Notes under the pieces: generated by a model
The model's input: the letters and a program-made list of their open reading frames with translations, nothing else
Databases searched by the model: none
Told to the model about the DNA's origin: nothing
Position numbers and translations under genes: made by a program
Source of the DNA: Promethearchaeota archaeon
Lineage (GTDB): Archaea > Asgardarchaeota > Hermodarchaeia > Hermodarchaeales > Hermodarchaeaceae
DNA: 64,000 bases
Assembly: GCA_048938385.1 (NCBI GenBank)
Contig: JBHLMG010000010.1
Span: forward strand, 28,774-92,773
Reading direction: 5' to 3'
Shown here: one piece after another, positions 10,754 through 21,095 of the stretch
Layout: each line of letters opens with the position of its first letter
Numbering within the stretch: the stretch's first letter is position 1

Positions 10754-10784
10754 CAATCTATGCGGTTATCTCTTGCATAGATTG
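10754..10784. promoter_or_regulatory. Perfect 10-bp inverted repeat, candidate operator
   Basis: CAATCTATGC-N11-GCATAGATTG, ~57 bp upstream of ATG 10841. Confidence 0.35.
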
Positions 10785-10840
10785 GATGATTCCTCGCATC
10801 TCTCAGCACTCAATTTAACGAATAATCTGAGGACTGTTAC

Positions 10841-11593
10841 ATGTTCCAGAAGACTCGTATTCCGTCTCAAACCCTTATAGCCTGTACGATAGTCTTGCTG
10901 TTATTCGCGCTTTTTTGCACAAATACTTGCTCAGCAGTAATTGTCTGGCAAGAGGACTTTAACGATGGCACTTACGATGGATGGACAATATACTTGGGTG
11001 AATTTCAAATCGCTGATAATGTGCTTATTGCCAATGGAAGCTTCGGTGTATGGAATTTCATCCGGTACCCGAGTGATGTCGCGTACGGATTTTGGAGCTT
11101 TGATGTTCTCTCAGAAGACGCACCTCAGAACCACACTTATGTCTACATCATATCGAGTAGCATCACCGATGTTCCGAACTACCGGTTGTGTATCTGGACT
11201 GGTTCTTACCTAAACTGGGCACCCAGTCCGGGTGTTTCGCTCTTGAAACAAAACAACAGTGGAACATTCTCGATCGCTGGTTGGTTCACCGGAACTTTGA
11301 GCGGCTGGCATTCTTACAATGTGACTCGAGACCAAACCGGACTATTCAACATCTTTGTTGATGGAACACTACGAATCACGGTCAGAGACAACGATATCAC
11401 GACATCGGGCTACTTCCGATTCGGAGCCCAAGAGAACTCAGGCATTGACAATATTATCGTCGGTGACTTTTCAACAATTACACCAACTAGCACGCCACCG
11501 CCTATCCCTGGATTTCCTTTACTAGCCATCCTGATCGCAGTACCCTTCGCTCTCGGTTTCGCTATAATCTTACGCCGTCGTAATGTGCTCTAA
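10841..11593 (+). CDS. Cell-surface beta-sandwich (concanavalin/LamG-like) protein with PGF-type C-terminal sorting signal
   Basis: Signal peptide; EDFNDG, WHSYNVTR..G.F.IFVDG; Thr/Pro linker, IPGF, TM helix, RRR. Confidence 0.7.
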   Translation: MFQKTRIPSQTLIACTIVLLLFALFCTNTCSAVIVWQEDFNDGTYDGWTIYLGEFQIADNVLIANGSFGVWNFIRYPSDVAYGFWSFDVLSEDAPQNHTYVYIISSSITDVPNYRLCIWTGSYLNWAPSPGVSLLKQNNSGTFSIAGWFTGTLSGWHSYNVTRDQTGLFNIFVDGTLRITVRDNDITTSGYFRFGAQENSGIDNIIVGDFSTITPTSTPPPIPGFPLLAILIAVPFALGFAIILRRRNVL

Positions 11594-11708
11594 ACGCGCC
11601 ACTCAGACTAAAGCTCTTCGTAAAAGGTTATTTCTTTGGCTCAATTGTCAGATTGTTAGATTATTGTTAGTATTAAGAATAATCGTCAATGAGTACCAGA
11701 GTCCATTG

Positions 11709-12230
11709 CTAGTTTGGTTTATCTACGGGACGAAAATATAGTTGAACCCACATACCAGGGGCTTGTTCATAAGGCGACCCTTTAGGTCGAAAGCCAAAGC
11801 TTTCGACGAGAGCACGCATGGTGAGGTGGTCCTCGAGAATGTTGCAAAGGTTTCCAGGGGCATTACCTTCTCGGGCATAGTTGATGAATTGGCGATACAT
11901 GGCACGGACTAGCCCGCGATGACGGTAATTGGGGTGCACGGTTTGGTGTTCACCCAACACCCCTTCAGGGGTTAAGACGGTTTTATAGAATCCAACGAGG
12001 CGGTTATTCAGACGAGCTCCAAAATACCGGATGCCTTTTTGCATCTCTGTAATAATTTCATTAGCAGTGAGGACCCGCTTATTTCGCCACTCTAAAGGGA
12101 TGTGATCGGCGTATGGCCAAACCAAGGCGAGAAGTTCAGCGATTTCAGTCGCATCTGCCTCTGTGAGTTCTTCAATGTGGATCTCTTCATCTTCCGGTGG
12201 AAAGTCCTTAGTGCTGGGTGGTATGGACAT
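11709..12230 (-). CDS. GNAT family N-acetyltransferase
   Basis: VHPNYRHRGL acetyl-CoA motif, ESFGF; start moved to ATG 12230 to avoid overlap with the radical SAM gene. Confidence 0.8.
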   Translation of the reverse strand: MSIPPSTKDFPPEDEEIHIEELTEADATEIAELLALVWPYADHIPLEWRNKRVLTANEIITEMQKGIRYFGARLNNRLVGFYKTVLTPEGVLGEHQTVHPNYRHRGLVRAMYRQFINYAREGNAPGNLCNILEDHLTMRALVESFGFRPKGSPYEQAPGMWVQLYFRPVDKPN

Positions 12231-12258
12231 GGCGGGTACCCTTTGTGAAGTGCGCATA

Positions 12259-13407
12259 TCAATGCTTGCTTTGAGACTGGGCTCGGATAACCTGGTAAGC
12301 CTCAGTGATCGCCGTACAACCGGTGCACCTAATACATCCAGCTCGGTGAGAGTGAGGATCGAGGTTATGGTCCCAGAGGAGTTGGGCACAATCTAAGTAA
12401 ACAGTAACGATCTGATCTAAGTGACTAATATAGCTTGGAATATGGTTTTCAAGCCGCGAACCAGGATTGGGTCGATAGGGTACAGGCACGGGAATGGTTC
12501 CGGTTTCTATCGTTTCCTTAAACCCAGTATGCAGTTGTTTAGGGGTTTCTCCTAGTCCTAGTAAAACAAAGGTGCTGACTTGTCCACGACCAAACAATTC
12601 TGTGGCTATCCGCCAAGATTGGAGATATTCTTGGTAGCTCGCATGGTGGAATTTTCCGGGACAGTACCGTTTTCGGAGTGAATCATTGTAGATTTCTAGG
12701 TGAATACCCACGGTGTCCACGCCGGCTTTTTTTAGGCCTTGGAGGAGGGTGGGAGGTTTCGGGGGTTCGAGTTGTACATGGATGGGAATGTCAGAGTGTT
12801 TACGGATCTGCGATACGAAATCTATGTATTCCTCGATGCCTCGATCTGACCGATCAGGACTCCCAATGGTTAAGGTGAGATGGCTAGCTCGCCCTTCTTT
12901 TTTGGCGGCTTTTAGGACAGCGAGGAATTGGTCTGGGGATTTATAGAGGACTGTTTGGCGGTTTTCTAAGCTGACTGGGATGCTACAGAAGTGGCATTCT
13001 TGACCTTTGTTGAAGTATGCGCAATGTTGGATGATGGTAGTGGCAAGGCAATCTTGCCCGTGAACTAAGGCGATATGGGTCATAGGAGTACCATCGCGAA
13101 GTATGTCGTCATAATACACCGGTTGAGGGATGAGCTCTACCTCAGGTTGTGTGCCCTCGAACTGGTCGACACGGAATCGATTCGCTGATAGATGTAGCAG
13201 TTTAAGAGAATGAAACTGTTTAGCGCTTTTTCCTCCTCGGACCGGGGCATTAACAAGAACATCTCTGTTGATGAGAAAATAACGACCGAGAGTTGGTCCT
13301 GCTCCTCCTAAGCGCCCAAGATGTTCAGTTGGTGGGAGTTGAACACCACGAGTGAGCATTGCAACTTTTAGTTGCAGGATGGAAAGCTCAGGAAGAATCG
13401 TAGACAC
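12259..13407 (-). CDS. Radical SAM protein, MSMEG_0568-like
   Basis: LATTIIQHC-x8-CHFC, QLEPP, GIHLE, FGRGQVSTF.LLGLGET, C-terminal AGCIRCTGC. Confidence 0.8.
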   Translation of the reverse strand: MSTILPELSILQLKVAMLTRGVQLPPTEHLGRLGGAGPTLGRYFLINRDVLVNAPVRGGKSAKQFHSLKLLHLSANRFRVDQFEGTQPEVELIPQPVYYDDILRDGTPMTHIALVHGQDCLATTIIQHCAYFNKGQECHFCSIPVSLENRQTVLYKSPDQFLAVLKAAKKEGRASHLTLTIGSPDRSDRGIEEYIDFVSQIRKHSDIPIHVQLEPPKPPTLLQGLKKAGVDTVGIHLEIYNDSLRKRYCPGKFHHASYQEYLQSWRIATELFGRGQVSTFVLLGLGETPKQLHTGFKETIETGTIPVPVPYRPNPGSRLENHIPSYISHLDQIVTVYLDCAQLLWDHNLDPHSHRAGCIRCTGCTAITEAYQVIRAQSQSKH

Positions 13408-13507
13408 TGTTCTCGCCGTTAGAATATACTTTGTTAAGGGTCCACCTAAAACTTTCTGTCTTACATATTCTGGGCTAGGGAAACTCTCTGAAATCTAATA
13501 TTATGTG

Positions 13508-14458
13508 TTAGGAACGGAGCTTGTTGAAGAGAGGGGATAGATCGACATTTCCCCCGCTGAGAATTACACCGATGCGTTGGTTATCCAATTGCTTTTCTAA
13601 ATGAAAGACTCCCGCAAGCGCGGTAGCACCGGATGGTTCGATGACGAGTTTCATGCGTTCGAAGATGAATCTCATTGCTTCGAGGATTTCCTCCTCTGAG
13701 ACGGTGATGATGTCGTTGACATGCGATTGGATTATCGAAAAGGTTAACTTACTTAGACCGGTTCGAAGACCGTCGGCGATGGTGTTGGGATTTTCACTAG
13801 GCAGAAGCTTCTTCGCTTTAAAGGATCGATAGGCATCGTCAGCGTTTGCAGGTTCGACGCCAATAACTTTTCCTCTCGGATTTAGTCCCTTTGATGCGAT
13901 GGCAGTTCCACTGATGAGTCCACCTCCCCCCACAGGCACAAAAAGATAGTCGAGGGCACCGACTTCCTGAATGAGTTCTAAGGCAGCAGTACCGGCACCT
14001 GCAATCACATGGGGGTTATCGTAGGCGTGGATGAGAACATAGTTGTGTTTTTTGATTAACTCCTTGGTGACTTCTTCGCGTGATGCAAGTGTGGGTTCGC
14101 AGAACACCACTTCTGCACCGTATCCTTTGGTAGCTTCAATTTTAACTTGCGCGGAATCTTTGGGCATCACAATGGTGACAGGGATCTCAAGCATTTTAGC
14201 CGCTAATGCAACGGCTTGGGCGTGGTTGCCTGAGGAATGGGTGATAACACCACGCTTTTTCTCAGTGGAGGAAAGCTGAGAGATAGCGTTGTAGGCACCT
14301 CGGAATTTGAAAGCGCCGATGCGTTGGAAGTTTTCACATTTGAAGAAAAGGCTACAATTCGTTCGACGATTTGCCGTTAAGGAAGTCATCAAAGGAGTTT
14401 GGATGCATGCGCGTCGAATTCGTTCATAGGCTTCTTGGACTTCCTTAAGAGTAATCAT
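13508..14458 (-). CDS. PLP-dependent threonine/serine dehydratase (serine racemase-like)
   Basis: KCENFQRIGAFKFRGA, SSGNHAQ, VGGGGL, SGGNVD; no ACT domain. Confidence 0.9.
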   Translation of the reverse strand: MITLKEVQEAYERIRRACIQTPLMTSLTANRRTNCSLFFKCENFQRIGAFKFRGAYNAISQLSSTEKKRGVITHSSGNHAQAVALAAKMLEIPVTIVMPKDSAQVKIEATKGYGAEVVFCEPTLASREEVTKELIKKHNYVLIHAYDNPHVIAGAGTAALELIQEVGALDYLFVPVGGGGLISGTAIASKGLNPRGKVIGVEPANADDAYRSFKAKKLLPSENPNTIADGLRTGLSKLTFSIIQSHVNDIITVSEEEILEAMRFIFERMKLVIEPSGATALAGVFHLEKQLDNQRIGVILSGGNVDLSPLFNKLRS

Positions 14459-14599
14459 ACTTCATACTAGGATGTCAGGGACCATAAGTGTTCAGATTCT
14501 AACTGTGTTGTTGAAAAATCGAGGTGGAGAAAGATTTTATTACATTGCTTGTGGGGTTGTATCCCTTCATTCACAACCGATTCGAGGATGACATGAAAC

Positions 14600-15541
14600 A
14601 TGGCGAAACGAATGGTTATTGCAATCGGAGGTAACTCCCTCATCAAGGATAAAACTCACATGACTGTTCCTGATCAGTATGTGGCAGCCATGGAAACCAT
14701 GCCCCACATCGTGGATTTGGTCGAACAGGGTTGGGATATTGCAATTACTCACGGGAACGGACCGCAAGTTGGTTTTATCCTACGCCGCTCGGAACTCGCA
14801 TCCCACGAATTGCATGAAGTCCCCCTTGATTTTTGTGGTGCTGACACCCAAGGTGCCATAGGGTATATGCTGCAACAAATTTTACACAACGAGTTCCGTC
14901 GCCGCCACCTCTCAAAACAATCTGTTACAGTAGTCACACAGGTACTTGTGGATCGCAATGACCCTGCATTTACTAACCCTAACAAACCTATAGGGTCATT
15001 CATGGAACAATCAATGGCTGACCGCCGGAAAGCTGAAGGATGGCATGTCGTAGAAGATGCTGGTAGAGGATGGCGACGAGTGGTTCCTTCACCGATTCCT
15101 CAGCGTGTAATTGAAGCTCGTGCGGTCGTGAATCTGTTAGAGGATGGTTATATAGTCATTACTGCAGGAGGGGGTGGGATACCCGTAATTGAAAATGACC
15201 AGGGGAATTTAGAGGGCGTCGCTGCTGTCATTGATAAGGATCGGGCTTCAGCGCTGTTGTGTCAGGCAATTGATGCGAAGCGATTCATCATCTCTACTTC
15301 TATTGACAGAGTATACCTCAATTTCGGGAAGCCAAACCAAACCGCGATTGATCGAATGACCTTAAGTGAGGCAAAACAATACCTCAAGGAAGGACACTTT
15401 GCACCTGGATCTATGGCACCTAAAATTGAGTCCGTGATTGCTTTTATTGAAAATGGTGGAGAGCTTGCGATAATCACCAGTCCAGAAAATCTAGCCGCGG
15501 CCTTGGATGGTAAGGCAGGTACTCGTATCGTCCCTGATTAG
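14600..15541 (+). CDS. arcC: Carbamate kinase
   Basis: AIGGNSL, THGNGPQVG, RRVVPSP, GGGGIPV, AVIDKD, GSMAPK. Confidence 0.95.
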   Translation: MAKRMVIAIGGNSLIKDKTHMTVPDQYVAAMETMPHIVDLVEQGWDIAITHGNGPQVGFILRRSELASHELHEVPLDFCGADTQGAIGYMLQQILHNEFRRRHLSKQSVTVVTQVLVDRNDPAFTNPNKPIGSFMEQSMADRRKAEGWHVVEDAGRGWRRVVPSPIPQRVIEARAVVNLLEDGYIVITAGGGGIPVIENDQGNLEGVAAVIDKDRASALLCQAIDAKRFIISTSIDRVYLNFGKPNQTAIDRMTLSEAKQYLKEGHFAPGSMAPKIESVIAFIENGGELAIITSPENLAAALDGKAGTRIVPD

Positions 15542-15613
15542 TAAAATTTTCAAAAGCTCTTGGCTTCATGCCTAACCAACAAGCCTTTTGAGTGATATGA
15601 GAGAGGAATCATT

Positions 15614-16444
15614 GTGATTTCTCAGATTGTTGAAAAAGTAGCACAGTATCAAACGGAGGATGTTTTGCGCCTTCTTGAAAAGGTTCGGTTGATTCTCCGC
15701 CAAGAACCTCTCCTAGTACGACTTCCTAAAGCTCCTTTGGTCTTTATTGGTGACATTCATGGCGATTGGGAAGCAACACAAGCTCTTCTGCACCGTTATT
15801 GGGAAACGCCAACAGTACTTGTATTCTTAGGTGACTATGTGGACCGCGGACCTCATCAACTCGAAAACATCAATCTTTTGTACACTTTAAAGGTTCAACA
15901 GCCTCTACGTGTTATTCTATTACGGGGAAATCACGAACTTCCTAGTATTAACCGAAGCTATGGATTCTACAACGAAATTCAACGCGTTTATGGGAATATC
16001 AGCGAGAAATATTGGGAAGTCTTTGCGGAACACGCCCTAGCTGGGGTTAGTCAAGCACAAAGACTCTTTGCCGTGCATGGAGGCATTCCGCAAGGGCTTG
16101 ACTCAATTGAAGAAATTGTAACACTTCCGCGTGAAATCGAACCAGAAAATCCCATTACGATTCAGCTGTTATGGAATGACCCAAAAGAAGGGTTGAAACG
16201 CTTTGCACCATCTATGCGTGGATCTCGAATCTATTATTTTGGCCAAGAGGTTACGGAAAAATTCATGACAATGAACAATCTAGATCTTATCGTCCGTGCC
16301 CATGAAGTCTTCCCCCAAGGAATTAAGGAGTTCTTTCAAGGTCGAATCGTGAGTCTATTTTCCTGTCGTAACTATCGTGGTCCGATTGCAGGAAAAGTCC
16401 TCTATGTAGATACCACAGGACAACGAACTATTGTAGCAGTCTAA
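15614..16444 (+). CDS. PPP-family Ser/Thr protein phosphatase
   Basis: GDIHG, GDYVDRG, LRGNHE, HGG, LLWNDP, RAHE, SLFS..NY. Confidence 0.92.
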   Translation: MISQIVEKVAQYQTEDVLRLLEKVRLILRQEPLLVRLPKAPLVFIGDIHGDWEATQALLHRYWETPTVLVFLGDYVDRGPHQLENINLLYTLKVQQPLRVILLRGNHELPSINRSYGFYNEIQRVYGNISEKYWEVFAEHALAGVSQAQRLFAVHGGIPQGLDSIEEIVTLPREIEPENPITIQLLWNDPKEGLKRFAPSMRGSRIYYFGQEVTEKFMTMNNLDLIVRAHEVFPQGIKEFFQGRIVSLFSCRNYRGPIAGKVLYVDTTGQRTIVAV

Positions 16445-16463
16445 CCATCATAGCATCTAATAG

Positions 16464-16802
16464 CTATAGTGCCCTGAGTAGATCAAGGCGAGTAAATGGT
16501 TTTTCTAAAAACCGGATACCCTCGTGAGCAGCAATCTCCCTACCTCGAAACTTCGTACCCATGAGAACGATTGTAAAACCCTCTTGTTTCAAGCTCTTGA
16601 TGAACCCTGTCGTTTCAGCGTGGCCCATCCAAAAATCAAGCAAGATTATTTTAGGAGGCGTCTCACAGGCATTGAGGGCATGGCGAAATGCCTCCAACTT
16701 TGCCAATCCTTGACACACAATGTATCCTCCTTCAATCAACATCTGTTCGAGGGCAAATCGAAAGGAAGCCTGTGGTGACACAACCATTACTGCTGTTGTC
16801 AT
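16464..16802 (-). CDS. Atypical single-domain response regulator (receiver)
   Basis: IILLDFWM phospho-Asp and KPF retained; N-terminal acidic pair absent. Confidence 0.7.
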   Translation of the reverse strand: MTTAVMVVSPQASFRFALEQMLIEGGYIVCQGLAKLEAFRHALNACETPPKIILLDFWMGHAETTGFIKSLKQEGFTIVLMGTKFRGREIAAHEGIRFLEKPFTRLDLLRAL

Positions 16803-16806
16803 GATC

Positions 16807-18807
16807 TCACCCCGTGGAGTCGCTTTTTTGCCCTGATTTATGGAGGTATTTTTGCCCTCGTTTAGCTAAAGGGAGTAAAATCCGGAGCACTGTCCCATAT
16901 TGAGCTTCTTCAGTTACACGGTTTTCAATTCGGAATTTACCTCTAAAATAATCAACTAGAACGGGTACTACGAGGAGATTTGGATTTCCGCGTTGTGGTT
17001 CTTCTGGAATGAAGCGAAAAAGCAGCGATTTTTCAACATCGCTCAGTACCCATTTCGGATGAGATATTTCCGTTTGCCAATACTCGACATCATATTCTGT
17101 GACTCGTGAAAGAGTTACAGCAATGGTGGTTGAAACGCCACTATCCACTTCTAACATATGACGAAGAATAGGAAGAAAGATACGGTTCACATATTGATTC
17201 GCAAATATGTAACAAGATTCCTCAGGAAGGTTTAGAGCAACCTTACTTGATGATTCAGGGATCATCTCTTGGAGTTCGGAGAGAAGCTGGGTCATAATCG
17301 AACATAAGTCTAGGCGTTGAAGTTCTGGTAAGGCTTGAGCATCAATGAGGCGGAGAAGTTGAATACTATCTTGGAGATATTGAGTTTCTGCAACTTCGAC
17401 TTGAACCCGCTCGAATAGCTGTTTTTGTTCAAGGGAATCTGTGGTCTGATTTCCTAGCTCTGCGAGACTGAGAATGTTTTGCATTCGATTCGTAAGTTGA
17501 TTCCCAAGCAAGGCAAAATAGTAGTCTAATCGTGACAGTTGCGATGTGGAAGGTAGACGAAGCCGGTGTTCAGAAATGGTGAAGCGTCTAAGTTCTGCCC
17601 GGACTCGTGCCATTTCAGTCAGGATTTGAATGAAAGTGTCGGATATCGCTTGGAGTTCAGAAAAGATGAGTCCAGGAGGTTCGGTGTAGGCTGTAATTCC
17701 AGGTTCAATGACTGCAGAGGTTTCAATTTGTAAATTTTGAAGGGGGTGATTGAGTAGGAAAGAGAGGTAGTAACTGACAGCTCCACCTACCGTGAGGATA
17801 ACGCCTAAAGTGATGAGGAACATGACACCAATATTCTGGAGGGCTACAGTAGCCAGGGGCGCGGTGAGGTACAAAGATAAAATGTGATCGGTCACGGTGA
17901 TGAATGCGATAGCACTGAGAGTAAGGATGACTGCTAGAGTGATGATTAGGACAATGCGGTTGATCTGTGCATATCGGATGGACACAGGACGCCCCATGTG
18001 TGTTCCTTGTAAGCCTTCCATGAAGATGTTCAACACGGCGATGAGGAAAGAAAAGATGGCAAAGAGGGTAAGAGTATCAGAGATAGAGCCAGAATAGAAA
18101 ATGGTGTCAATCACGGTAAAACCCATGGCGTATTGGAAGGCAAATGCGGTATATGCTAAGACGAGGAGGAGACTCGCTGTCACTAATAGAAACCGACTGC
18201 GGGTACCTATGACTTCGCGAGGAGGATTCCGGTTAAAGTAGAAGCTCCAGGCAAATATTGCAGTAAAAAACCCTACAAGTATTCTTAAGCCTAAGCCAAT
18301 AGCTGGGATTATCGGAGGATGAAAGGTAAGGTTCATCTGGTAAGTTGAAAAAATGCACAGCAGAAAGAAGAGTGTGATGAGGAGATAACCAAGCAGTTGT
18401 CTAAAGGATCGACGCTGGGGTTCAATCGATACCATGGCGAATCCTACTAGGAGAACGATGTTGGCGATAGCTGAAAGATATGCGGTGCCATTGGGAAAGG
18501 TAATGGAAAACCCGAGAAAGAGGATTTCAACTAAGAGCCAAAAATTGGCAATTACTCCTATCAAACTTGTGATTGCAACGATAATGGCCAACCGGCGAGC
18601 GACTTGGTTGTGATAACCTAACAGTAAAAGACAGATGCCAAAAAGAGTTAGGAAGACGACGAAGTAGGCACTGATGAGATAGACCAACGCGAGTTCAGGG
18701 GTTAGAAATCCCAGAATCAGAGGAATAACGGAAAGTGCAAAAGCGATGAGGAACGCAGCTGCCAAAACCCTGTGCGCGTCAGCCTTTAACCATTGACTAA
18801 ATTTCAT
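16807..18807 (-). CDS. Multi-TM sensor with degenerate histidine-kinase-like cytoplasmic module
   Basis: ~9 TM, HAMP-like segment, DHp/HATPase-like layout ending GKFRIENR..GTVLRILLP; H, N and G boxes not conserved. Confidence 0.65.
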   Translation of the reverse strand: MKFSQWLKADAHRVLAAAFLIAFALSVIPLILGFLTPELALVYLISAYFVVFLTLFGICLLLLGYHNQVARRLAIIVAITSLIGVIANFWLLVEILFLGFSITFPNGTAYLSAIANIVLLVGFAMVSIEPQRRSFRQLLGYLLITLFFLLCIFSTYQMNLTFHPPIIPAIGLGLRILVGFFTAIFAWSFYFNRNPPREVIGTRSRFLLVTASLLLVLAYTAFAFQYAMGFTVIDTIFYSGSISDTLTLFAIFSFLIAVLNIFMEGLQGTHMGRPVSIRYAQINRIVLIITLAVILTLSAIAFITVTDHILSLYLTAPLATVALQNIGVMFLITLGVILTVGGAVSYYLSFLLNHPLQNLQIETSAVIEPGITAYTEPPGLIFSELQAISDTFIQILTEMARVRAELRRFTISEHRLRLPSTSQLSRLDYYFALLGNQLTNRMQNILSLAELGNQTTDSLEQKQLFERVQVEVAETQYLQDSIQLLRLIDAQALPELQRLDLCSIMTQLLSELQEMIPESSSKVALNLPEESCYIFANQYVNRIFLPILRHMLEVDSGVSTTIAVTLSRVTEYDVEYWQTEISHPKWVLSDVEKSLLFRFIPEEPQRGNPNLLVVPVLVDYFRGKFRIENRVTEEAQYGTVLRILLPLAKRGQKYLHKSGQKSDSTG

Positions 18808-18917
18808 TGGGGATAAACCTCACCCACCCAGCCTTTCACTAGGCGATAAACAGGACGACATTCTGAAGGCTAAAAAAGCTTTTCACACTGTCGCCATTCC
18901 TTGTAATTATCCTAGAA

Positions 18918-20978
18918 TTATGTCGGTGTACGTTGAGGACGCCGCCGGTACCGAAGGAAGTAAAAAACACCCAGACTAGCGATGATTAACCCAACTATAG
19001 CTCCTCCAGCTATCAGAAGAGTTGGATTCAATTCGACAAGAAAGGTATAGTATACTCCGTTGTTATTGTCAACTACCACATTGTCAAAGTTATCTCTTGC
19101 AAGAATATAGAATCGTACCCGCGCTCCTGCCGGAAAGGGATCGAGGATAACACGATAAGTGTCCCCACTAACGACACGCATCAGGCGTGGCGTCCACAAA
19201 GAATAGTCCACACTGTAAAATAGAAGTACTTGGTTAATTCCAGACCCTTTTACATCCTGAGAGATGGTGGCGGTGACTGTTATAGAATCTGAGTCCAGTG
19301 GTCGATAAGGTAAGAACTGAACTCCAGATATGATAGGTGGATAACTTGTAACCGTTACTGTGACCATTGAAGAATTTTGCCGTCCATTGCCATCAATCAC
19401 TCGGGCTTCCATTCGAACGCGTCCAGTGCCCTGCGCGGTCCAGTTGAAGTAATAGACTTGGTTAGCAATGTACTGATAGCAGTTTTGCCACAAGGAAGCA
19501 TTTACTCGTACTTGAATAGTCGGGATATACCGATTGTCAGGATCTGTGACATTCACCCAAATAGTGTACTCTACACCTTCGTCAAGAATATCGTCATCTT
19601 GGGGAGCGTGAATACTACAATAAATTCCCTTATCAAACACAACCGAAGTTGAAGTTTCAGCAATCCAGCCTTCAACATCATAAGCCCGTGCTCTCATTCG
19701 AGTAACCCCATAAAAACTGGTGGCATCGAACATGTAGGTACAGTGAGTTGAATTTAATCCAGCCGTTACATTAATCCAAGGACCATCATCGATAGAAAGC
19801 TCCACATATTCAACATCGCCAAGTGCGTCATCAATTGATAAGACTACTTCAAAGGGATTCGTGGGAGCCAAATAACTTCCATAGCTGGGAGTGATAAAGT
19901 CAATTTCAGGGAATCCGACTTCGGTTGAAACAATGGTTGCAAAATCTGCAACCGCAGCCGCAGCAGTCTTTGTGGTTAGCGCTCCAAGTTCGGTAGAGTA
20001 TTCGGGTTGTCCAAGGTAATCTTCACTGCTATGAATCCATGGATTGTCCCATCCTTCGTATTCGAAGAACCAGACCGCGGGGATATTTCTATCCCAAAAG
20101 GGTTTGTGATCGCTAGATAGCCATAAGGGTTGCAAATTAGCTTGGACTGGAGCATCAATCACAGATTGGCCAATGCCCTCAGCGTGCTGCGCAAACCATG
20201 CGCTGTCTCCACCGTTATGGACGATATGCACCTTCCAATTCTCTGGAGCAGAGGGGCTATCCCATAATATCATGTCAAAATTGTACATGATTGTCACAGA
20301 GACATTTTCCTGGAAAAGCTTGTTAACAAAAGCTTCACTGCCCACAAGACCCTGCTCCTCCGCGTTGAACGCCACGAACATTATGGTATAGTTATACCTG
20401 TATTGGGAGAGAACTCGTGCCATTTCAAGGACTGCACTAATCCCAGATCCATCATCATCAGCACCTGGCGATGCGATTGGATAGGTATCCAGGTGAGCAC
20501 CGACGATAATTGTCGCATTATTGTGAATACTCCCACCTTTCAGTGTGCCTATTACATTGGGTTGACCCGTGCTAAAAGAGTGGAGTTCAACCTCCAGTCC
20601 ATAGCTCTGAAATTTGTTTGCGATATATTCCACAGCGCGACTGTTTCCAGGAGTTCCCCAAAAGCGGGATCCAATGGTCCCAGAAATATAACTCAATTTG
20701 CTATTATAACTCTCGGTAGTGATTTGGTCGATGATGTTTTGGATTTCAGCGGGAGCATTTGGTATTGGTGGATTATGAGTATTCCAACTCTGGAGTTGGA
20801 CATTACTTCCTGTTGAGCGAAGCGATGTAGGAGAAGTTATTGAGTCGGAAGTTGCCCCCTGTTCAATCCTTAACCCTGCATATGGGTCTTGAGAAGGAGG
20901 GATGATAGGAATGGTTCCACCGAGCATAATGACCAAGAAGAATGTGAAAAGGAGGGATGACCGGTGCATGTATATCAC
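18918..20978 (-). CDS. M28 family aminopeptidase with Ig-like domains and C-terminal TM anchor
   Basis: GAHLD, GADDDGSG, NAEEQGLVGS, NFDM, SDH, IHSSED. Confidence 0.9.
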   Translation of the reverse strand: MIYMHRSSLLFTFFLVIMLGGTIPIIPPSQDPYAGLRIEQGATSDSITSPTSLRSTGSNVQLQSWNTHNPPIPNAPAEIQNIIDQITTESYNSKLSYISGTIGSRFWGTPGNSRAVEYIANKFQSYGLEVELHSFSTGQPNVIGTLKGGSIHNNATIIVGAHLDTYPIASPGADDDGSGISAVLEMARVLSQYRYNYTIMFVAFNAEEQGLVGSEAFVNKLFQENVSVTIMYNFDMILWDSPSAPENWKVHIVHNGGDSAWFAQHAEGIGQSVIDAPVQANLQPLWLSSDHKPFWDRNIPAVWFFEYEGWDNPWIHSSEDYLGQPEYSTELGALTTKTAAAAVADFATIVSTEVGFPEIDFITPSYGSYLAPTNPFEVVLSIDDALGDVEYVELSIDDGPWINVTAGLNSTHCTYMFDATSFYGVTRMRARAYDVEGWIAETSTSVVFDKGIYCSIHAPQDDDILDEGVEYTIWVNVTDPDNRYIPTIQVRVNASLWQNCYQYIANQVYYFNWTAQGTGRVRMEARVIDGNGRQNSSMVTVTVTSYPPIISGVQFLPYRPLDSDSITVTATISQDVKGSGINQVLLFYSVDYSLWTPRLMRVVSGDTYRVILDPFPAGARVRFYILARDNFDNVVVDNNNGVYYTFLVELNPTLLIAGGAIVGLIIASLGVFYFLRYRRRPQRTPT

Positions 20979-21095
20979 AATCTAAAAAGTCAGATAATAG
21001 TCGAAAAACACCTAATTTTATGTTATATTCTTTCCGATTCAAGCAAAGCAGGAAATCTCCTGCCCTTACTAAATCTGAAACACATTAATCCAAGA

